A DNA stretch of 60,095 bases from Flavobacterium sp. (GTDB lineage Bacteria; Bacteroidota; Bacteroidia; Flavobacteriales; Flavobacteriaceae). Made by a program: the position numbers and the translations under genes. The notes under the pieces are model-generated. The model had not been told where the DNA came from. It searched no databases and was given only the letters and a program-made list of their open reading frames with translations. Below, piece after piece: positions 47,355 through 58,690 of the stretch. Position 1 is the first letter of the stretch, and each line of letters opens with the position of its first letter. Where the stretch lies: the NCBI GenBank assembly GCA_039933615.1, contig JBDTNT010000169.1:1-60095 (forward strand). Direction: 5' to 3'.

Positions 47355-50243
47355 ATGAAATTCATAAATAAATATATTTCGATTTTCACCCTCTTTATAC
47401 TGCCTTTTGCTATTTTTTCGCAGGTAAAAAACATTGGGCTGCCGGCAATTAAGAACTATAAACGATCCGATTACAAAGGAGGTACTCAAAATTGGAATAT
47501 TGATCAGGATAAAAACGGCAATGTATATTTTGCAAACAACAGCGGATTGATTCAATTTGACGGCTCAACCTGGAATAAATATTCTCTTCCAAACAACACC
47601 GCAATCCGAAGTTTAAAAATAGATGGTTCAGGAAAAATTTATGTGGGCGGAAATAACGAATTTGGTTTTTTCCAAAGTGATGAAAAGGGAAAATTAAAAT
47701 ACCACTCACTTTCCAGCTTAATCAGCAAAAAAGACAGCAAAAATATCAATCTGATCTGGAGGATACATATATATAAAGGCTACGTAGTATTTCAATCTTT
47801 CACGAAAGTTTTTTTTTATAAGAATAATAAACTCCGTGTCATAAATGCGCCCAAAAAATTTCAATTTTCTTTTATTATAAACAATCACTTATATTTTCAG
47901 GATAAAGTACTCGGAATTTTAGAATATCAGAATCAAAAACTTGTCGCATTAAAGGGTACAACTTCTTTAAACGATAAAGAAATATGGGCTATGTTTCCGC
48001 TACCTAATAATAAAATACTTTTTGCAACATTAGAAAAGGGACTTTTTGTTTACGACTACAATAGCGTTAAATCATGGGAAACTGAGGCTAATACTTTTAT
48101 TAAAAAAAATACATCTCTTGGCGGTTCGATCATAAAAAATAAATTTATCATCCTTAATTCTGTTCTTAATGGCGTAATTATTTGTGATTTAAATGGGAAA
48201 ATAATCCAGCACCTAAACAGACAAAAAGGATTGCAAAACAACACCATCCTGACTTCATTTGTTGACAACAAGAACAATTTATGGCTGGGACTTGATAATG
48301 GAATTACATTCATAAACCAAAACTCACCCTTTACATTTTTCGACTATAGCTATAATATAGGTACCGTTTACGCTTCTGTAGTTTTCAACAAAAACTTATA
48401 TGTCGCTACGAATCAGGGATTGTTTTATCATTCCTGGACAATTCCTTTTAAGGATGAACCTTTCAATCGGGTGGAAGGAACAATTGCACAAGCCTGGAAT
48501 ATTCAGGTTATAAATAACACACTACTGTGCGCCAGTAATAGCGGCGCTTTGGTAATAGATCAAAACAGGGTTTCAAAAACACTGGACAGCAGAGGTTATT
48601 TTGGCTTCAAAACGATCCCCAGTCATCCCGGATATATAATTGGAGAAAGCTATAACGGTTTTTCCATCTTTAAGAATTCCTCAAATGAAATTAATTTCAT
48701 TAATCAGGTTAGTGGTTTTGACGAAACAACAAATACATTTGAAATCGAACTCGATAACAATTATTTGTGGTTAAAAAAAGACCCTTATTTATATCAGATG
48801 AAATTATCCGAAGATCTGAAAAAATTTGACTATATAAAAAAACACGAGCAAATTTCACCTTCACACAAAGGCATCGGAAGTTTACAGTCTATTAATAATA
48901 AAGTCTACTTTCAGAGCAGAAACCATTTCTACAGGTACAGCAATGAACAGGAGAATTTCTTTGAAGACAAAAAATTAACTGCGCTCTTTAAGAAAATACC
49001 ACCCATCAATACACTAATAGAAGACAGCAATAATAATTTGTGGTATTCTTATAACGAATCTATTGGTGTTTTATTAAAAAAGAAAGACGGCACTTATGAC
49101 CCTAACAAAGCTCAGGAAGCCCCATTTTCAAATCTGACAGGCAATTTAGTCAACAATTACATTTCTGTCAACACAATCGACCCTAACAACACCTTTATCG
49201 GCCTTACAGATGGATTAGCTCATTATGATTCTAAAATTTCGAATAATTTTATTACGACGCCAAAAGTCTTTTTTGAAAGTTTTTCATCTTCAAGTGATAC
49301 GATTATAACAGGAAATCTTGAAAAACAATTAACTGATCTTGAAATTCCATATAAATCCAACCATGTTAAATTCACTTTCTCCTCTCCAACTTACGAAAAC
49401 CAGGAAAACGTAATGTATTCTTATAAACTGGAACCCTTTGAAGAAAACTGGCGTAACTGGTCAACAATTTCCATTAAAGAATACACAAACTTAAGAGAAG
49501 GGAATTATAAAATGCAAATCAAGGCAAAAAACAGTTACGGCGTAGAATCTAAAGTTTCAGAAATTAACTTTACTATTTCACCTCCGTGGTACAGGCACTT
49601 TTTAGCATATCTGACTTATTTTTTCCTAATTCTGGCCGGAGTTTACATCATTTCAGACAGGGTAAAACTTAAAATCAGAAAAAACAAATATTACGAAACT
49701 ATCGAACAAAGAAGGCTGTATCTGGAAAAAGAATCCAGAATCAGACATGATCAGCATGAACTGGAGAAAGAAATTGAACGATTAAAAAGTGATAAACTTC
49801 AGATAAAAATCCTTGCCAAGGATAAAGAACTCGTAAGTAATTCTCTTCAGGTAGTAAAGAAGAATAAAGTTTTGAATGGCATTATCCAAAAAATAAAAGA
49901 CATCGACACCAATACTTTAGACGATTCAACAAAATTTGAATTTAATAAATTACACAAAAGCATTGTAAAAGAAGTCAATACCGACAAAAGCTGGAAAGAT
50001 TTAGAGAAACACATCAAAAATGTTCACTTTGAGTTTTTGAAAAGATTAAAAGAAAAATATCCAACCATTTCACCACGAGAATTGGATTTATCAACTTATT
50101 TATTGATGAATATGTCAACAAAAGAGATTGCTGAAATCATGAACATTTCGACAGGAGGAGTTGAACTGGCCAGGTATCGTCTAAGAAAAAAGCTTGGGTT
50201 AAATAAAAAAGAAAATCTAATTGGATTTTTAATGAGCATATAA
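47355..50243 (+). CDS. Membrane-spanning one-component PUL regulator (beta-propeller, YYY domain, TM, LuxR HTH)
   Basis: Propeller repeats, YSYKLE..YTNLREGNY, PPWY-TM and a C-terminal LuxR-like HTH (STKEIAEIMNIS...RYRLRKKL); no kinase boxes. Confidence 0.9.
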   Translation: MKFINKYISIFTLFILPFAIFSQVKNIGLPAIKNYKRSDYKGGTQNWNIDQDKNGNVYFANNSGLIQFDGSTWNKYSLPNNTAIRSLKIDGSGKIYVGGNNEFGFFQSDEKGKLKYHSLSSLISKKDSKNINLIWRIHIYKGYVVFQSFTKVFFYKNNKLRVINAPKKFQFSFIINNHLYFQDKVLGILEYQNQKLVALKGTTSLNDKEIWAMFPLPNNKILFATLEKGLFVYDYNSVKSWETEANTFIKKNTSLGGSIIKNKFIILNSVLNGVIICDLNGKIIQHLNRQKGLQNNTILTSFVDNKNNLWLGLDNGITFINQNSPFTFFDYSYNIGTVYASVVFNKNLYVATNQGLFYHSWTIPFKDEPFNRVEGTIAQAWNIQVINNTLLCASNSGALVIDQNRVSKTLDSRGYFGFKTIPSHPGYIIGESYNGFSIFKNSSNEINFINQVSGFDETTNTFEIELDNNYLWLKKDPYLYQMKLSEDLKKFDYIKKHEQISPSHKGIGSLQSINNKVYFQSRNHFYRYSNEQENFFEDKKLTALFKKIPPINTLIEDSNNNLWYSYNESIGVLLKKKDGTYDPNKAQEAPFSNLTGNLVNNYISVNTIDPNNTFIGLTDGLAHYDSKISNNFITTPKVFFESFSSSSDTIITGNLEKQLTDLEIPYKSNHVKFTFSSPTYENQENVMYSYKLEPFEENWRNWSTISIKEYTNLREGNYKMQIKAKNSYGVESKVSEINFTISPPWYRHFLAYLTYFFLILAGVYIISDRVKLKIRKNKYYETIEQRRLYLEKESRIRHDQHELEKEIERLKSDKLQIKILAKDKELVSNSLQVVKKNKVLNGIIQKIKDIDTNTLDDSTKFEFNKLHKSIVKEVNTDKSWKDLEKHIKNVHFEFLKRLKEKYPTISPRELDLSTYLLMNMSTKEIAEIMNISTGGVELARYRLRKKLGLNKKENLIGFLMSI

Positions 50244-50246
50244 ATT

Positions 50247-50284
50247 AAACAAAAATGCCATCAGTACTGATGGCATTTTTGTTT
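50247..50284. terminator. Bidirectional terminator (38 bp palindrome)
   Basis: AAACAAAAATGCCATCAGT/ACTGATGGCATTTTTGTTT between convergent genes. Confidence 0.85.
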
Positions 50285-50292
50285 GATTTTAT

Positions 50293-51576
50293 TTAGATAT
50301 ATTCGAGTGTTCGTTCCAATGCCATTCCTCTGGAACCTTTTATTAGAATTGTATTATTATTAAACTCAACGGTCTTTAAATGATCTGCAAAAGAATCAAA
50401 AGTTTCAAAGAAATGAACATTTTCATTAGAAATTCTGTGTGTATAGAAAGCTTTTCCAATTAAATAACAGGCAGATTGATTTTGACTGATTACAGAATCA
50501 ACAATAATTTTATGCTCCTGTGTACTTTCATTTCCAAGTTCAAACATATCTCCCAATATCATTATTTTATCAGGATTATCTAATTGTATGAAATTCGCAA
50601 TGGCAACAGCCATACTACTCGGATTCGCATTGTAGGCATCTAATATAATCTGATTTGTTCCTTTTTTTAATAATTGAGATCTGTTGTTATCAGGTGTATA
50701 GCTTTCAATAGCTGCTTTAATATCGTTATTTTCAACTTTAAAATAAATACCCATTGCAACTGCCGCATTGATATTATTGGCATTATAAAGTCCGATTAGA
50801 TTAGAATTAACAGCAAAGTCTTCATATTTAATAGCTACAAAAGGATTCGCTTCTATACTACTGATTCTGACATCAGCTTCATTCTTATTAATTCCAAAAG
50901 TAAAAGATCTGATAGCTTTGGACTTCTCAACCTGAATAGGATCTTCCAGATTTATAAAAGCTGTTTTATCATTTTCAACAAGATATTTATACATTTCACT
51001 TTTACCCTGTATAACACCTTCAACACCACCAAACCCTTCTAAATGTGCCTTTCCGAAGTTTGTGATATAACCGTAATCCGGCTCTGCTATTTCACACAAA
51101 AACTCAATCTCTTTTTTATGATTGGCTCCCATTTCAACGATTCCAAACTCAGTATCTTTTGTAAATGATAATAAAGTTAACGGAACCCCAATATGATTAT
51201 TCAGATTACCTACTGTAGCCTTGATTTTAAACTTTTTAGACAACACCACGTTTATAAGCTCTTTGGTTGTCGTTTTACCGTTACTTCCGGTCAGCGCAAT
51301 AACAGGAAGTCCTAAATAGGAACGGTGAAATTTTGCTAATTTCTGCAATGTCTCCAGACTATCCTGCACCAGGATTGTTCTTTCATCAATAAAATAAGAG
51401 GCATTATCAATAACAACAAACAAAGCACCTAAATCTAGTGCCTGCTGAGCAAAAGTATTTGCATCAAAATTTTCTCCTTTGATGGCAAAAAACATAGAAT
51501 TTGTTTCAATTTTTCTTGTATCAATTGAAACAGATTTACATTGCAAAAATAAATTATGAATGTCCTGAATATTCAT
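50293..51576 (-). CDS. murF: UDP-N-acetylmuramoyl-tripeptide--D-Ala-D-Ala ligase
   Basis: TGSNGKTTTKE, NNHIGVP, EMGANH, DAYNANP and KGSRG motifs. Confidence 0.97.
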   Translation of the reverse strand: MNIQDIHNLFLQCKSVSIDTRKIETNSMFFAIKGENFDANTFAQQALDLGALFVVIDNASYFIDERTILVQDSLETLQKLAKFHRSYLGLPVIALTGSNGKTTTKELINVVLSKKFKIKATVGNLNNHIGVPLTLLSFTKDTEFGIVEMGANHKKEIEFLCEIAEPDYGYITNFGKAHLEGFGGVEGVIQGKSEMYKYLVENDKTAFINLEDPIQVEKSKAIRSFTFGINKNEADVRISSIEANPFVAIKYEDFAVNSNLIGLYNANNINAAVAMGIYFKVENNDIKAAIESYTPDNNRSQLLKKGTNQIILDAYNANPSSMAVAIANFIQLDNPDKIMILGDMFELGNESTQEHKIIVDSVISQNQSACYLIGKAFYTHRISNENVHFFETFDSFADHLKTVEFNNNTILIKGSRGMALERTLEYI

Positions 51577-51594
51577 TTATAAACTTTTTTAAAA

Positions 51595-51624
51595 AATAAA
51601 AGCCCTAACTAAAGGGCTTTTATT
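51595..51624 (-). terminator. Terminator after gldJ
   Basis: AATAAAAGCCCT...AGGGCTTTTATT with a T run on the minus strand. Confidence 0.7.
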
Positions 51625-51640
51625 ACAATTAAATATATTG

Positions 51641-53326
51641 TTAGTTTCTAGGCGATTTTCTTTTTTCAGCTTTTGAACCTACTCTTGACATTGCACATCT
51701 GAATCCAATGTAATCAGTTGCCATATCCTGAGGGAAGTATCTTCTTTGAGCCGGATCTAACCAATAAGCTCTGTCTCTCCAGGATCCACCTTTGTAAACT
51801 CTAACTTTATCATCGATTAAAGTTGTACGCTTACTGGAGTTATCATATTTTCTAACCATTTTACCTAAACTATCAGTAGTGATATTATGTTTAGGAGAAT
51901 TGTACATACTTTCATCCGTTTTTGCTCCAGCTTCTGAATCTCCAAAGTCAAAATATTTAGATGATTGTTTATCACCATCTCTATAGTTGATATTGTCACT
52001 TGTACTGAAATTTGTTCTCAAATAAGTTTCATTTTCGTCAACTGGTACCTGAGCAATTTCACCCGGAAGGTTTCTTGCTACCACTTTACCATTACTTAAA
52101 GTATCGTATTTGATATTATCTTTAGTAATGATTTCAAGTTTACCATCTTTGCCAATTTTGTTTTTAGCATATTGATTTCCTCTATAGTAGTTAAAATCGT
52201 TAGCTTCATTATCGATAATAGGTCTGTAAACGTCAGCTACCCATTCCGCAACGTTACCTGCCATATCATATAAACCGAAATCATTTGCAGCATAACTTTT
52301 TACAGCATTTGTAATATCTGCACCATCATCTGACCACCCGGCAATTCCACCGTAATCACCGTTTCCTTGTTTAAAGTTAGCCAATTGATCTCCTTTGTTT
52401 TTACGTTTTGAAGAACGTGTATAATCTCCGGACCAAGGATATTTCTTTTGTCCTTTATATATATTGTATTCTCTTTGTCCAACATCAGCAGCAGCAGCAT
52501 ACTCCCATTCTGCTTCAGTAGGAAGTCTGTACTCAGGTAAAATAACTCCTGAAGAACGTTGAGCGTAAACATTTTTCTCTTCCGGAACTACTCCGTCTTT
52601 TCCTGCTTTTGGTCTTCTTCCGTTTGGATTTTTCTTTAATACCAATTCTTCACTTCCACCATAAGTAGTAGATGGAGAAGCTAAATAAGTTTCAGTATTA
52701 AACAAACTTTCAGCACTAACATCTTGTGTTTTCGCGCCTTTTTTAAGATATCCGTCTTTTTCTAAAACAGCTTCGTTTACACGGTCTGTTCTCCATTTAC
52801 TAAATTCAACAGCTTGAATCCAGTTAACTCCAACTACAGGATAATTAGCATAAGAAGGATGTCTTAAGTAATTGTTAGTCATTGTTTCGTTATATCCTAA
52901 ACGATTTCTCCATACTAAAGTATCAGGAGAAGCTCCTTCGTATATATTTTTGTAGTTTTCTTCTGTCGGAGGAAAAACTTTCTTAAGCCACTCCAGGTAT
53001 TCTAAATACATACCGTTAGTAACCTCAGTTTCATCCATGTAAAATGACTGAACGTGTTGTTGGGTCGGTGTGTTATTCCAATCGTGCATAACATCATCCT
53101 GTACTTTACCCATAGTAAATGTACCTCCTTCAACAAAAACTAAACCAGGACCAGCCTGTTGTTTTTTTCCTGCATTTCTGGCAGCAGTTCCATTTTGACT
53201 ATCTACATCCCAACCAGTAGCTCTGGAAGCGTGACTGGAACTCGATTTTTTGCTACAACTAGCCGTGCCTAACATCAATACCATTGACATCATTAATTGC
53301 AAGACTACAATTTTGTTTACTTTCAT
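51641..53326 (-). CDS. gldJ: Gliding motility lipoprotein GldJ
   Basis: Lipobox TASC; FGE-sulfatase-type motifs (RLPTEAEWEYAA, GLYDMAGNVAEW, GFRC); murF-gldJ-porU-porV synteny. Confidence 0.95.
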   Translation of the reverse strand: MKVNKIVVLQLMMSMVLMLGTASCSKKSSSSHASRATGWDVDSQNGTAARNAGKKQQAGPGLVFVEGGTFTMGKVQDDVMHDWNNTPTQQHVQSFYMDETEVTNGMYLEYLEWLKKVFPPTEENYKNIYEGASPDTLVWRNRLGYNETMTNNYLRHPSYANYPVVGVNWIQAVEFSKWRTDRVNEAVLEKDGYLKKGAKTQDVSAESLFNTETYLASPSTTYGGSEELVLKKNPNGRRPKAGKDGVVPEEKNVYAQRSSGVILPEYRLPTEAEWEYAAAADVGQREYNIYKGQKKYPWSGDYTRSSKRKNKGDQLANFKQGNGDYGGIAGWSDDGADITNAVKSYAANDFGLYDMAGNVAEWVADVYRPIIDNEANDFNYYRGNQYAKNKIGKDGKLEIITKDNIKYDTLSNGKVVARNLPGEIAQVPVDENETYLRTNFSTSDNINYRDGDKQSSKYFDFGDSEAGAKTDESMYNSPKHNITTDSLGKMVRKYDNSSKRTTLIDDKVRVYKGGSWRDRAYWLDPAQRRYFPQDMATDYIGFRCAMSRVGSKAEKRKSPRN

Positions 53327-53539
53327 ACTCATTCTTAGGTGATAAATTTAGGTGCTGCAATATAATAATTAACATTTAATTAGCAACATCTGTTCTAATA
53401 ATTTTATTTAGCTGTTTTTTACCAGAAAATAACCTATAGTTACGAACGCAAAAATATACTTTTTATTATTTACTATAACATGAAATACTATATTTTTACT
53501 TACTAAAATAATTTAAAAATAATTTCCATTTTTCAGTCT

Positions 53540-56500
53540 ATGAAACAAGCCTTTTTTCTATATCTGTTTTTTATTTCATTTGCCTCATTTTCCCAGACAA
53601 ATGGGAGCTTTACATTAGATTGGCAAAGTAAAAAAGCAACAGGTTTCGGTGACAATAAAATAGTTATCCCATACTTTTCCGGAAACGCTTTTCGGCTGGA
53701 TATTACTAAAAAAAGCATAACATTACTACTCTATCTGGGAGAATCCGACTATTCAAACGGCAGTTCACTGCAAATTACCAACATTACATACGAGGCAATT
53801 TCAATTAGTGAACTTGGAGATTTAACACTTAAAAACGTACCCGAAAAATTAAATGAAACGCTGGAAATCACTTCAGCAAGAGATAAAAAGCAAGCTTTTA
53901 TATTTCTTAATCCAATTATCAAGGATGGAAATGGTTTCAAACGCGTAAAATCATTTTCATATTCAATAAACAATTCAACATCAAAAAGCAGCAACTCTTC
54001 TTCTTTTCAAAAATCAAATGCAATCTACAATTCCGTTTTGTCTTCAGGAGACTGGTATCGCTTTTATGTCGAAAAATCAGGTGTTTACAAGATTTCGAAA
54101 TCTTTTTTACAAAGTTTAGGATTTGATGCTGAGAAAGCTGACCCAAAAAGAATTAAAATTTACGGAAATGGCGGAAAAATGCTCCCACTTGCCAATAACA
54201 TTTATTATCCTGATGATTTAACCGAAAATGCAATTCAGGTTATTGGAGAAAATGATGGCGTTTTCAACAACGAAGATTACATTATTTTTTATGCTGAAGG
54301 AGTTGACAACTGGAACACTGAAAGCCAGACTAATATTAACGTATTCGACACAAAATCTTACTACTATATAACAATTGCCGGCGGTGACGGAAAACGTATT
54401 ACGGCTTTAAATCAACCAACAAACAGTACCACACTGGAGTTAAACACTTACGACGACTATCAATATCATGAAATCGACAAAATAAACATAGCGCATACCG
54501 GACGCCAATGGTTTGGAGAAGCGTTTGATATTAATACAGAGCAGGAATTTGATTTTAACTTCCCTAATCTTGATGTTTCAACTCCGATAAAAATACAATT
54601 AAACGCGATTTCAGCTGCCTATACCCCTACTTCATTTACTGTATCTGCAAACGGGCAAAATATTGGCACTCTCAATTTTGGTTCATTAGCCACGAATTCT
54701 GATGTAAAATTTAATGACAGCTCACCTCTCAACACTACATTTTCAGGAACTGACAATGTAAAAATCAAACTTGTATATAATAATAATGGTGTCCCGGGAT
54801 CAAAAGGATATCTGGATTACATTAATTTAATTGCAAAAAGAAAACTATTGGGAATTGGCAAACAATTTAAATTTCAATATGATTTAGCCGGATCGACGGC
54901 AGGAACAGTAAATTACACTATTGGCAATGCAACTGGCATCACGCAAATCTGGGACATAACAGATCTATATAATGTACTGAAAATTGAAAATACTACTCAG
55001 GCAAATTTCAGCTTTAAAGCTTCTTTAGGAGAAATCCGAAAATATATAGCAATTGATCCGGCAGATTACTATGCTCCTTTAAAAGAAAACCAGCCTAAAA
55101 TTGCGAATCAGAATTTAAAAGGGACTCTTTTTAAAAATTCACAAAATACTTTTCAGGATATTGATTACGTAATTGTTACACCAAAATTTTTAATTTCCCA
55201 GGCTGAAAATCTGGCTAACTTTCATCGTACCAATTCTAATTTAAATGTAAAAGTTATTGCTTTAGAAAACATCTATCAGGAATTCTCTTCCGGAAAGCAG
55301 GACATTTCAGCCATTAGAAATTGTATTAAATACATTTACGACAATGCCTCTTCAGCCGATAAAAGGATAAAGTACCTGAATTTATTTGGTGACGCCTCAT
55401 TTGACTATAAAAACCGTACCCAAAACAACAATAACATTGTACCTATATATCAATCCCTGGTAAGCAATACAATTGGAGAATCATCATTTGCCTCAGATGA
55501 TTTTTTTGGACTTATGGATTCCAATGAAGGAAACCTGACTTCTTATGCAGAGGGAATTGACATCGCCGTAGGAAGAATGTTAGTTTCAGACAACACCCAG
55601 GCTCAGGAAATGGTGAATAAAGTTTTAGAATATCATAATACTAAGTCTTATGGAAACTGGAGAAACAATTTTGTTTTAATCAGTGATGATTCCGACAAAG
55701 ATTCTGACGCTACTTTACAATCCAGACAAAATAAGCTGGCCGATGTTATAGCAACAGAAAAACCATTCTTTAATATTGAAAAAATTCTCCTCGATTCTTA
55801 CACGCAGGAAGCTTCTTCAGGAGGATCCAGATACCCAAAGGCGAGAACAGATTTATTTAATGCTTTTGAAAAAGGTGCTTTAGTTTTTAATTATCTAGGT
55901 CACGGAGGAGAAGATGGCTTAGCAAGCGAACGGATTTGGGAAAAAACCGACGGACAAAACCTAAACAATCAATATAAATATCCATTATTTATTACAATCA
56001 CCTGTGAATTCTCCCGATTTGACGATCCTACCAGACCAACCGCAGGAGAATACACTTTCTGGAATCCTAAAGGCGGTGCCATCTCAATGCTTACTACTAT
56101 TCGTTCTATAGGACAATATAATGCTGAAGGTTTCAATGACAGCTTAAGCAAAAATTTACTTTCATATGGATCAAATCAATACAATACCATTGCCGAAACC
56201 CTTCGGATTTCTAAAAATGAGAATCCAAGTTCTGCCAGTAATGTTATCTTTTATTTAGGAGATCCTGCTTTAATGCTGGCTATACCAAAACCCAGAATTA
56301 ATTTAACAAAAGTAAACGATGTTGTTATTTCCCAACCAATTTCTGATTTCAAATCGCTGTCAAAAATTAAAATTACAGGTGAAATAACAGATGAAAACAA
56401 TTCTTTATTAAGCACTTATAATGGAGAATTATTCACCGCTATTTTTGACAAATCCATCACATCAACCACATTAAATAATGATGGACTTAGCCCTGCAATG

Positions 56501-57373
56501 TTATTTAAAACTCTTGGGGAAACTATCTTCAGGGGAAATGCCTCTGTAAAAAACGGACAATTCGAGTTTAGCTTTATCGTCCCAAGAGATATCAGAATTC
56601 CGACAGACAATGGACGAATCAGTTTTTACTCTAAAAAAGACGGTCTTTTGGAAAATCAATCCGGCTATAATACTACTATTAAAATCGGCGGAATAAATGA
56701 AAATGCCCCACAGGACAATATAAGTCCAAAAGTTAAGTTATATATGAACGACGAGACATTCGTTTCAGGCGGAATTACAAATAGTTCCCCCTTCTTATTG
56801 GCTTTTTTAGAAGATGAAAATGGTATAAATACCGCTAGTGGAATTGGTCATGATATTGTAGCGATTTTAGATGGAGATGTTAGTAATCCTTATATATTAA
56901 ACGATTACTATCAAACTAAATTAGACGATTACACTAATGGAAACTTGCGTTTTCCGTTAAGGAATTTAGCAGCCGGAATACACACTATAAGTTTTACAGC
57001 ATGGGACGTTTATAACAATCCTGTAACAAGCGAGGTACAATTTATAGTTGTTGGAGATGAATCTCTGACACTTTCACACGTTCTTAATTATCCAAACCCA
57101 TTTTCAACCTATACCCAATTTTGGTTTTCTCACAACAGACCTTATGAACCTTTAGAGGTACAGGTTCAGGTAATGACCATTACTGGAAAAGTTGTCTGGA
57201 CTAAAAATCAGGTTATTACAACAGAAGGATTTTTATCAAGAGAGATAACCTGGGACGGAAAAGATGATTTTGGAGACCGTATCGGAAAGGGAGTTTATAT
57301 CTATAAACTTACTGTAAAGTCTAATTTAACTAATAAAAAGGCAGAAAAATACGAAAAGCTTGTCATCTTATAA
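53540..57373 (+). CDS. porU: T9SS sortase PorU (peptidase C25)
   Basis: NYLGHG and TITCEF catalytic dyad; C-terminal CTD (NYPNPF...GVYIYKL...KLVIL). Confidence 0.95.
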   Translation: MKQAFFLYLFFISFASFSQTNGSFTLDWQSKKATGFGDNKIVIPYFSGNAFRLDITKKSITLLLYLGESDYSNGSSLQITNITYEAISISELGDLTLKNVPEKLNETLEITSARDKKQAFIFLNPIIKDGNGFKRVKSFSYSINNSTSKSSNSSSFQKSNAIYNSVLSSGDWYRFYVEKSGVYKISKSFLQSLGFDAEKADPKRIKIYGNGGKMLPLANNIYYPDDLTENAIQVIGENDGVFNNEDYIIFYAEGVDNWNTESQTNINVFDTKSYYYITIAGGDGKRITALNQPTNSTTLELNTYDDYQYHEIDKINIAHTGRQWFGEAFDINTEQEFDFNFPNLDVSTPIKIQLNAISAAYTPTSFTVSANGQNIGTLNFGSLATNSDVKFNDSSPLNTTFSGTDNVKIKLVYNNNGVPGSKGYLDYINLIAKRKLLGIGKQFKFQYDLAGSTAGTVNYTIGNATGITQIWDITDLYNVLKIENTTQANFSFKASLGEIRKYIAIDPADYYAPLKENQPKIANQNLKGTLFKNSQNTFQDIDYVIVTPKFLISQAENLANFHRTNSNLNVKVIALENIYQEFSSGKQDISAIRNCIKYIYDNASSADKRIKYLNLFGDASFDYKNRTQNNNNIVPIYQSLVSNTIGESSFASDDFFGLMDSNEGNLTSYAEGIDIAVGRMLVSDNTQAQEMVNKVLEYHNTKSYGNWRNNFVLISDDSDKDSDATLQSRQNKLADVIATEKPFFNIEKILLDSYTQEASSGGSRYPKARTDLFNAFEKGALVFNYLGHGGEDGLASERIWEKTDGQNLNNQYKYPLFITITCEFSRFDDPTRPTAGEYTFWNPKGGAISMLTTIRSIGQYNAEGFNDSLSKNLLSYGSNQYNTIAETLRISKNENPSSASNVIFYLGDPALMLAIPKPRINLTKVNDVVISQPISDFKSLSKIKITGEITDENNSLLSTYNGELFTAIFDKSITSTTLNNDGLSPAMLFKTLGETIFRGNASVKNGQFEFSFIVPRDIRIPTDNGRISFYSKKDGLLENQSGYNTTIKIGGINENAPQDNISPKVKLYMNDETFVSGGITNSSPFLLAFLEDENGINTASGIGHDIVAILDGDVSNPYILNDYYQTKLDDYTNGNLRFPLRNLAAGIHTISFTAWDVYNNPVTSEVQFIVVGDESLTLSHVLNYPNPFSTYTQFWFSHNRPYEPLEVQVQVMTITGKVVWTKNQVITTEGFLSREITWDGKDDFGDRIGKGVYIYKLTVKSNLTNKKAEKYEKLVIL

Positions 57374-57416
57374 AAATATATATATTTGTACCACCATAAA
57401 CATATTTAGCCTCTAA

Positions 57417-58616
57417 ATGAAAAAAATATCACTCTTCTTAATTTGTTTTCTCGTTATTTCATACGCAAAAGCTCAGAACATCGTACCGATAACCACCGGA
57501 GTTCCATTTTTATTAGTTGCCGCAGATGCCAGAGCTGCTGGTTTAGCAGATCAGGGTGTCGCAACTTCAGCTGATGCTTATTCGCAACAATGGAATCCTG
57601 CCAAATATGCTTTTTCAGTAGACAAGCAAGGTTTCTCCGTAAGTTACACTCCTTATTTAACAGACTTAGCCAACGACATTTCCCTTGGACAGGTTACCTA
57701 CTACAATAAAATCAACGAAAGAAGTGCCTTTGCAGGTAGCATCCGTTATTTTGGTTTTGGTGATATTGAATTAAGGAGAGATCCTAATGATATTCCAAAT
57801 ATCGTATCTCCAAATGAATTTGCTTTAGACGGTTCTTACTCTTTGAAACTGAGTGATGAATTCTCAATGGCAGTTGCAGCGAGATATATAAGATCCAATT
57901 TAAAGGTTGCTTCAGAAGATACTGATGCATCAGCAGCCGGTTCTTTTGCCGTAGACGTTGCAGGATTTTATCAATCAGAAGAAATTGCCTACAACAGCTT
58001 CAACGGAAGATGGAGAGGTGGCTTTAACATACAAAATATAGGTCCTAAAATAAGTTATGATAACGACGACTTAAGTGCCAACTTTTTACCGGCCAACTTA
58101 AGAGTAGGTGCCGGTTTTGATTTTATTCTTGACGACTACAATAAGGTTGGCGTTAGTGTAGAATTTTCAAAACTTTTAGTACCGACCCCTCCGGGACCGG
58201 GAACTCCTGTTGACCTTAACGGAAATGGTAATTTTACTGATCCTGGCGACATTAGTCAGGAGGAGGCAAACTCTATAAGCTACAACAAATACAATGAAAC
58301 CGGTTGGGCTTCAGGAATTTTTAAATCTTTTGGAGACGCACCGGGTGGTTTTAGCGAAGAGCTGAAAGAAATTACGTATAGTCTTGGGGCAGAATACCTA
58401 TATCAGGATTCATTTGCAATTAGAGCAGGTTACTTTCATGAAAGCCCTGAAAAAGGAGCCCGTCAATTTTTCTCTTTAGGAGCAGGATTCAAATACAGTG
58501 TAGTAAAAGTTGACGTTTCTTACTTATTTTCATCATCAAAAGTTAAAAATCCGTTAGAAAACACACTTCGTTTTTCTTTAACCTTTAACTTTGGCGACAA
58601 ATACGACGAATACTAG
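57417..58616 (+). CDS. porV: T9SS outer-membrane shuttle PorV
   Basis: ITTGVPFLL..DARAAG, WNPAKY and NPLENTLRFSL motifs; follows porU. Confidence 0.95.
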   Translation: MKKISLFLICFLVISYAKAQNIVPITTGVPFLLVAADARAAGLADQGVATSADAYSQQWNPAKYAFSVDKQGFSVSYTPYLTDLANDISLGQVTYYNKINERSAFAGSIRYFGFGDIELRRDPNDIPNIVSPNEFALDGSYSLKLSDEFSMAVAARYIRSNLKVASEDTDASAAGSFAVDVAGFYQSEEIAYNSFNGRWRGGFNIQNIGPKISYDNDDLSANFLPANLRVGAGFDFILDDYNKVGVSVEFSKLLVPTPPGPGTPVDLNGNGNFTDPGDISQEEANSISYNKYNETGWASGIFKSFGDAPGGFSEELKEITYSLGAEYLYQDSFAIRAGYFHESPEKGARQFFSLGAGFKYSVVKVDVSYLFSSSKVKNPLENTLRFSLTFNFGDKYDEY

Positions 58617-58639
58617 ACAAAATAATAAAAGATAATAAC

Positions 58640-58678
58640 AATCCAAATTCCTGCTTTTTAGGGATTTGGATTTTTTTT
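58640..58678 (+). terminator. Terminator-like hairpin after porV
   Basis: AATCCAAATTCCT...AGGGATTTGGATT followed by a T run. Confidence 0.7.
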
Positions 58679-58690
58679 CCCTTAAAAAGA

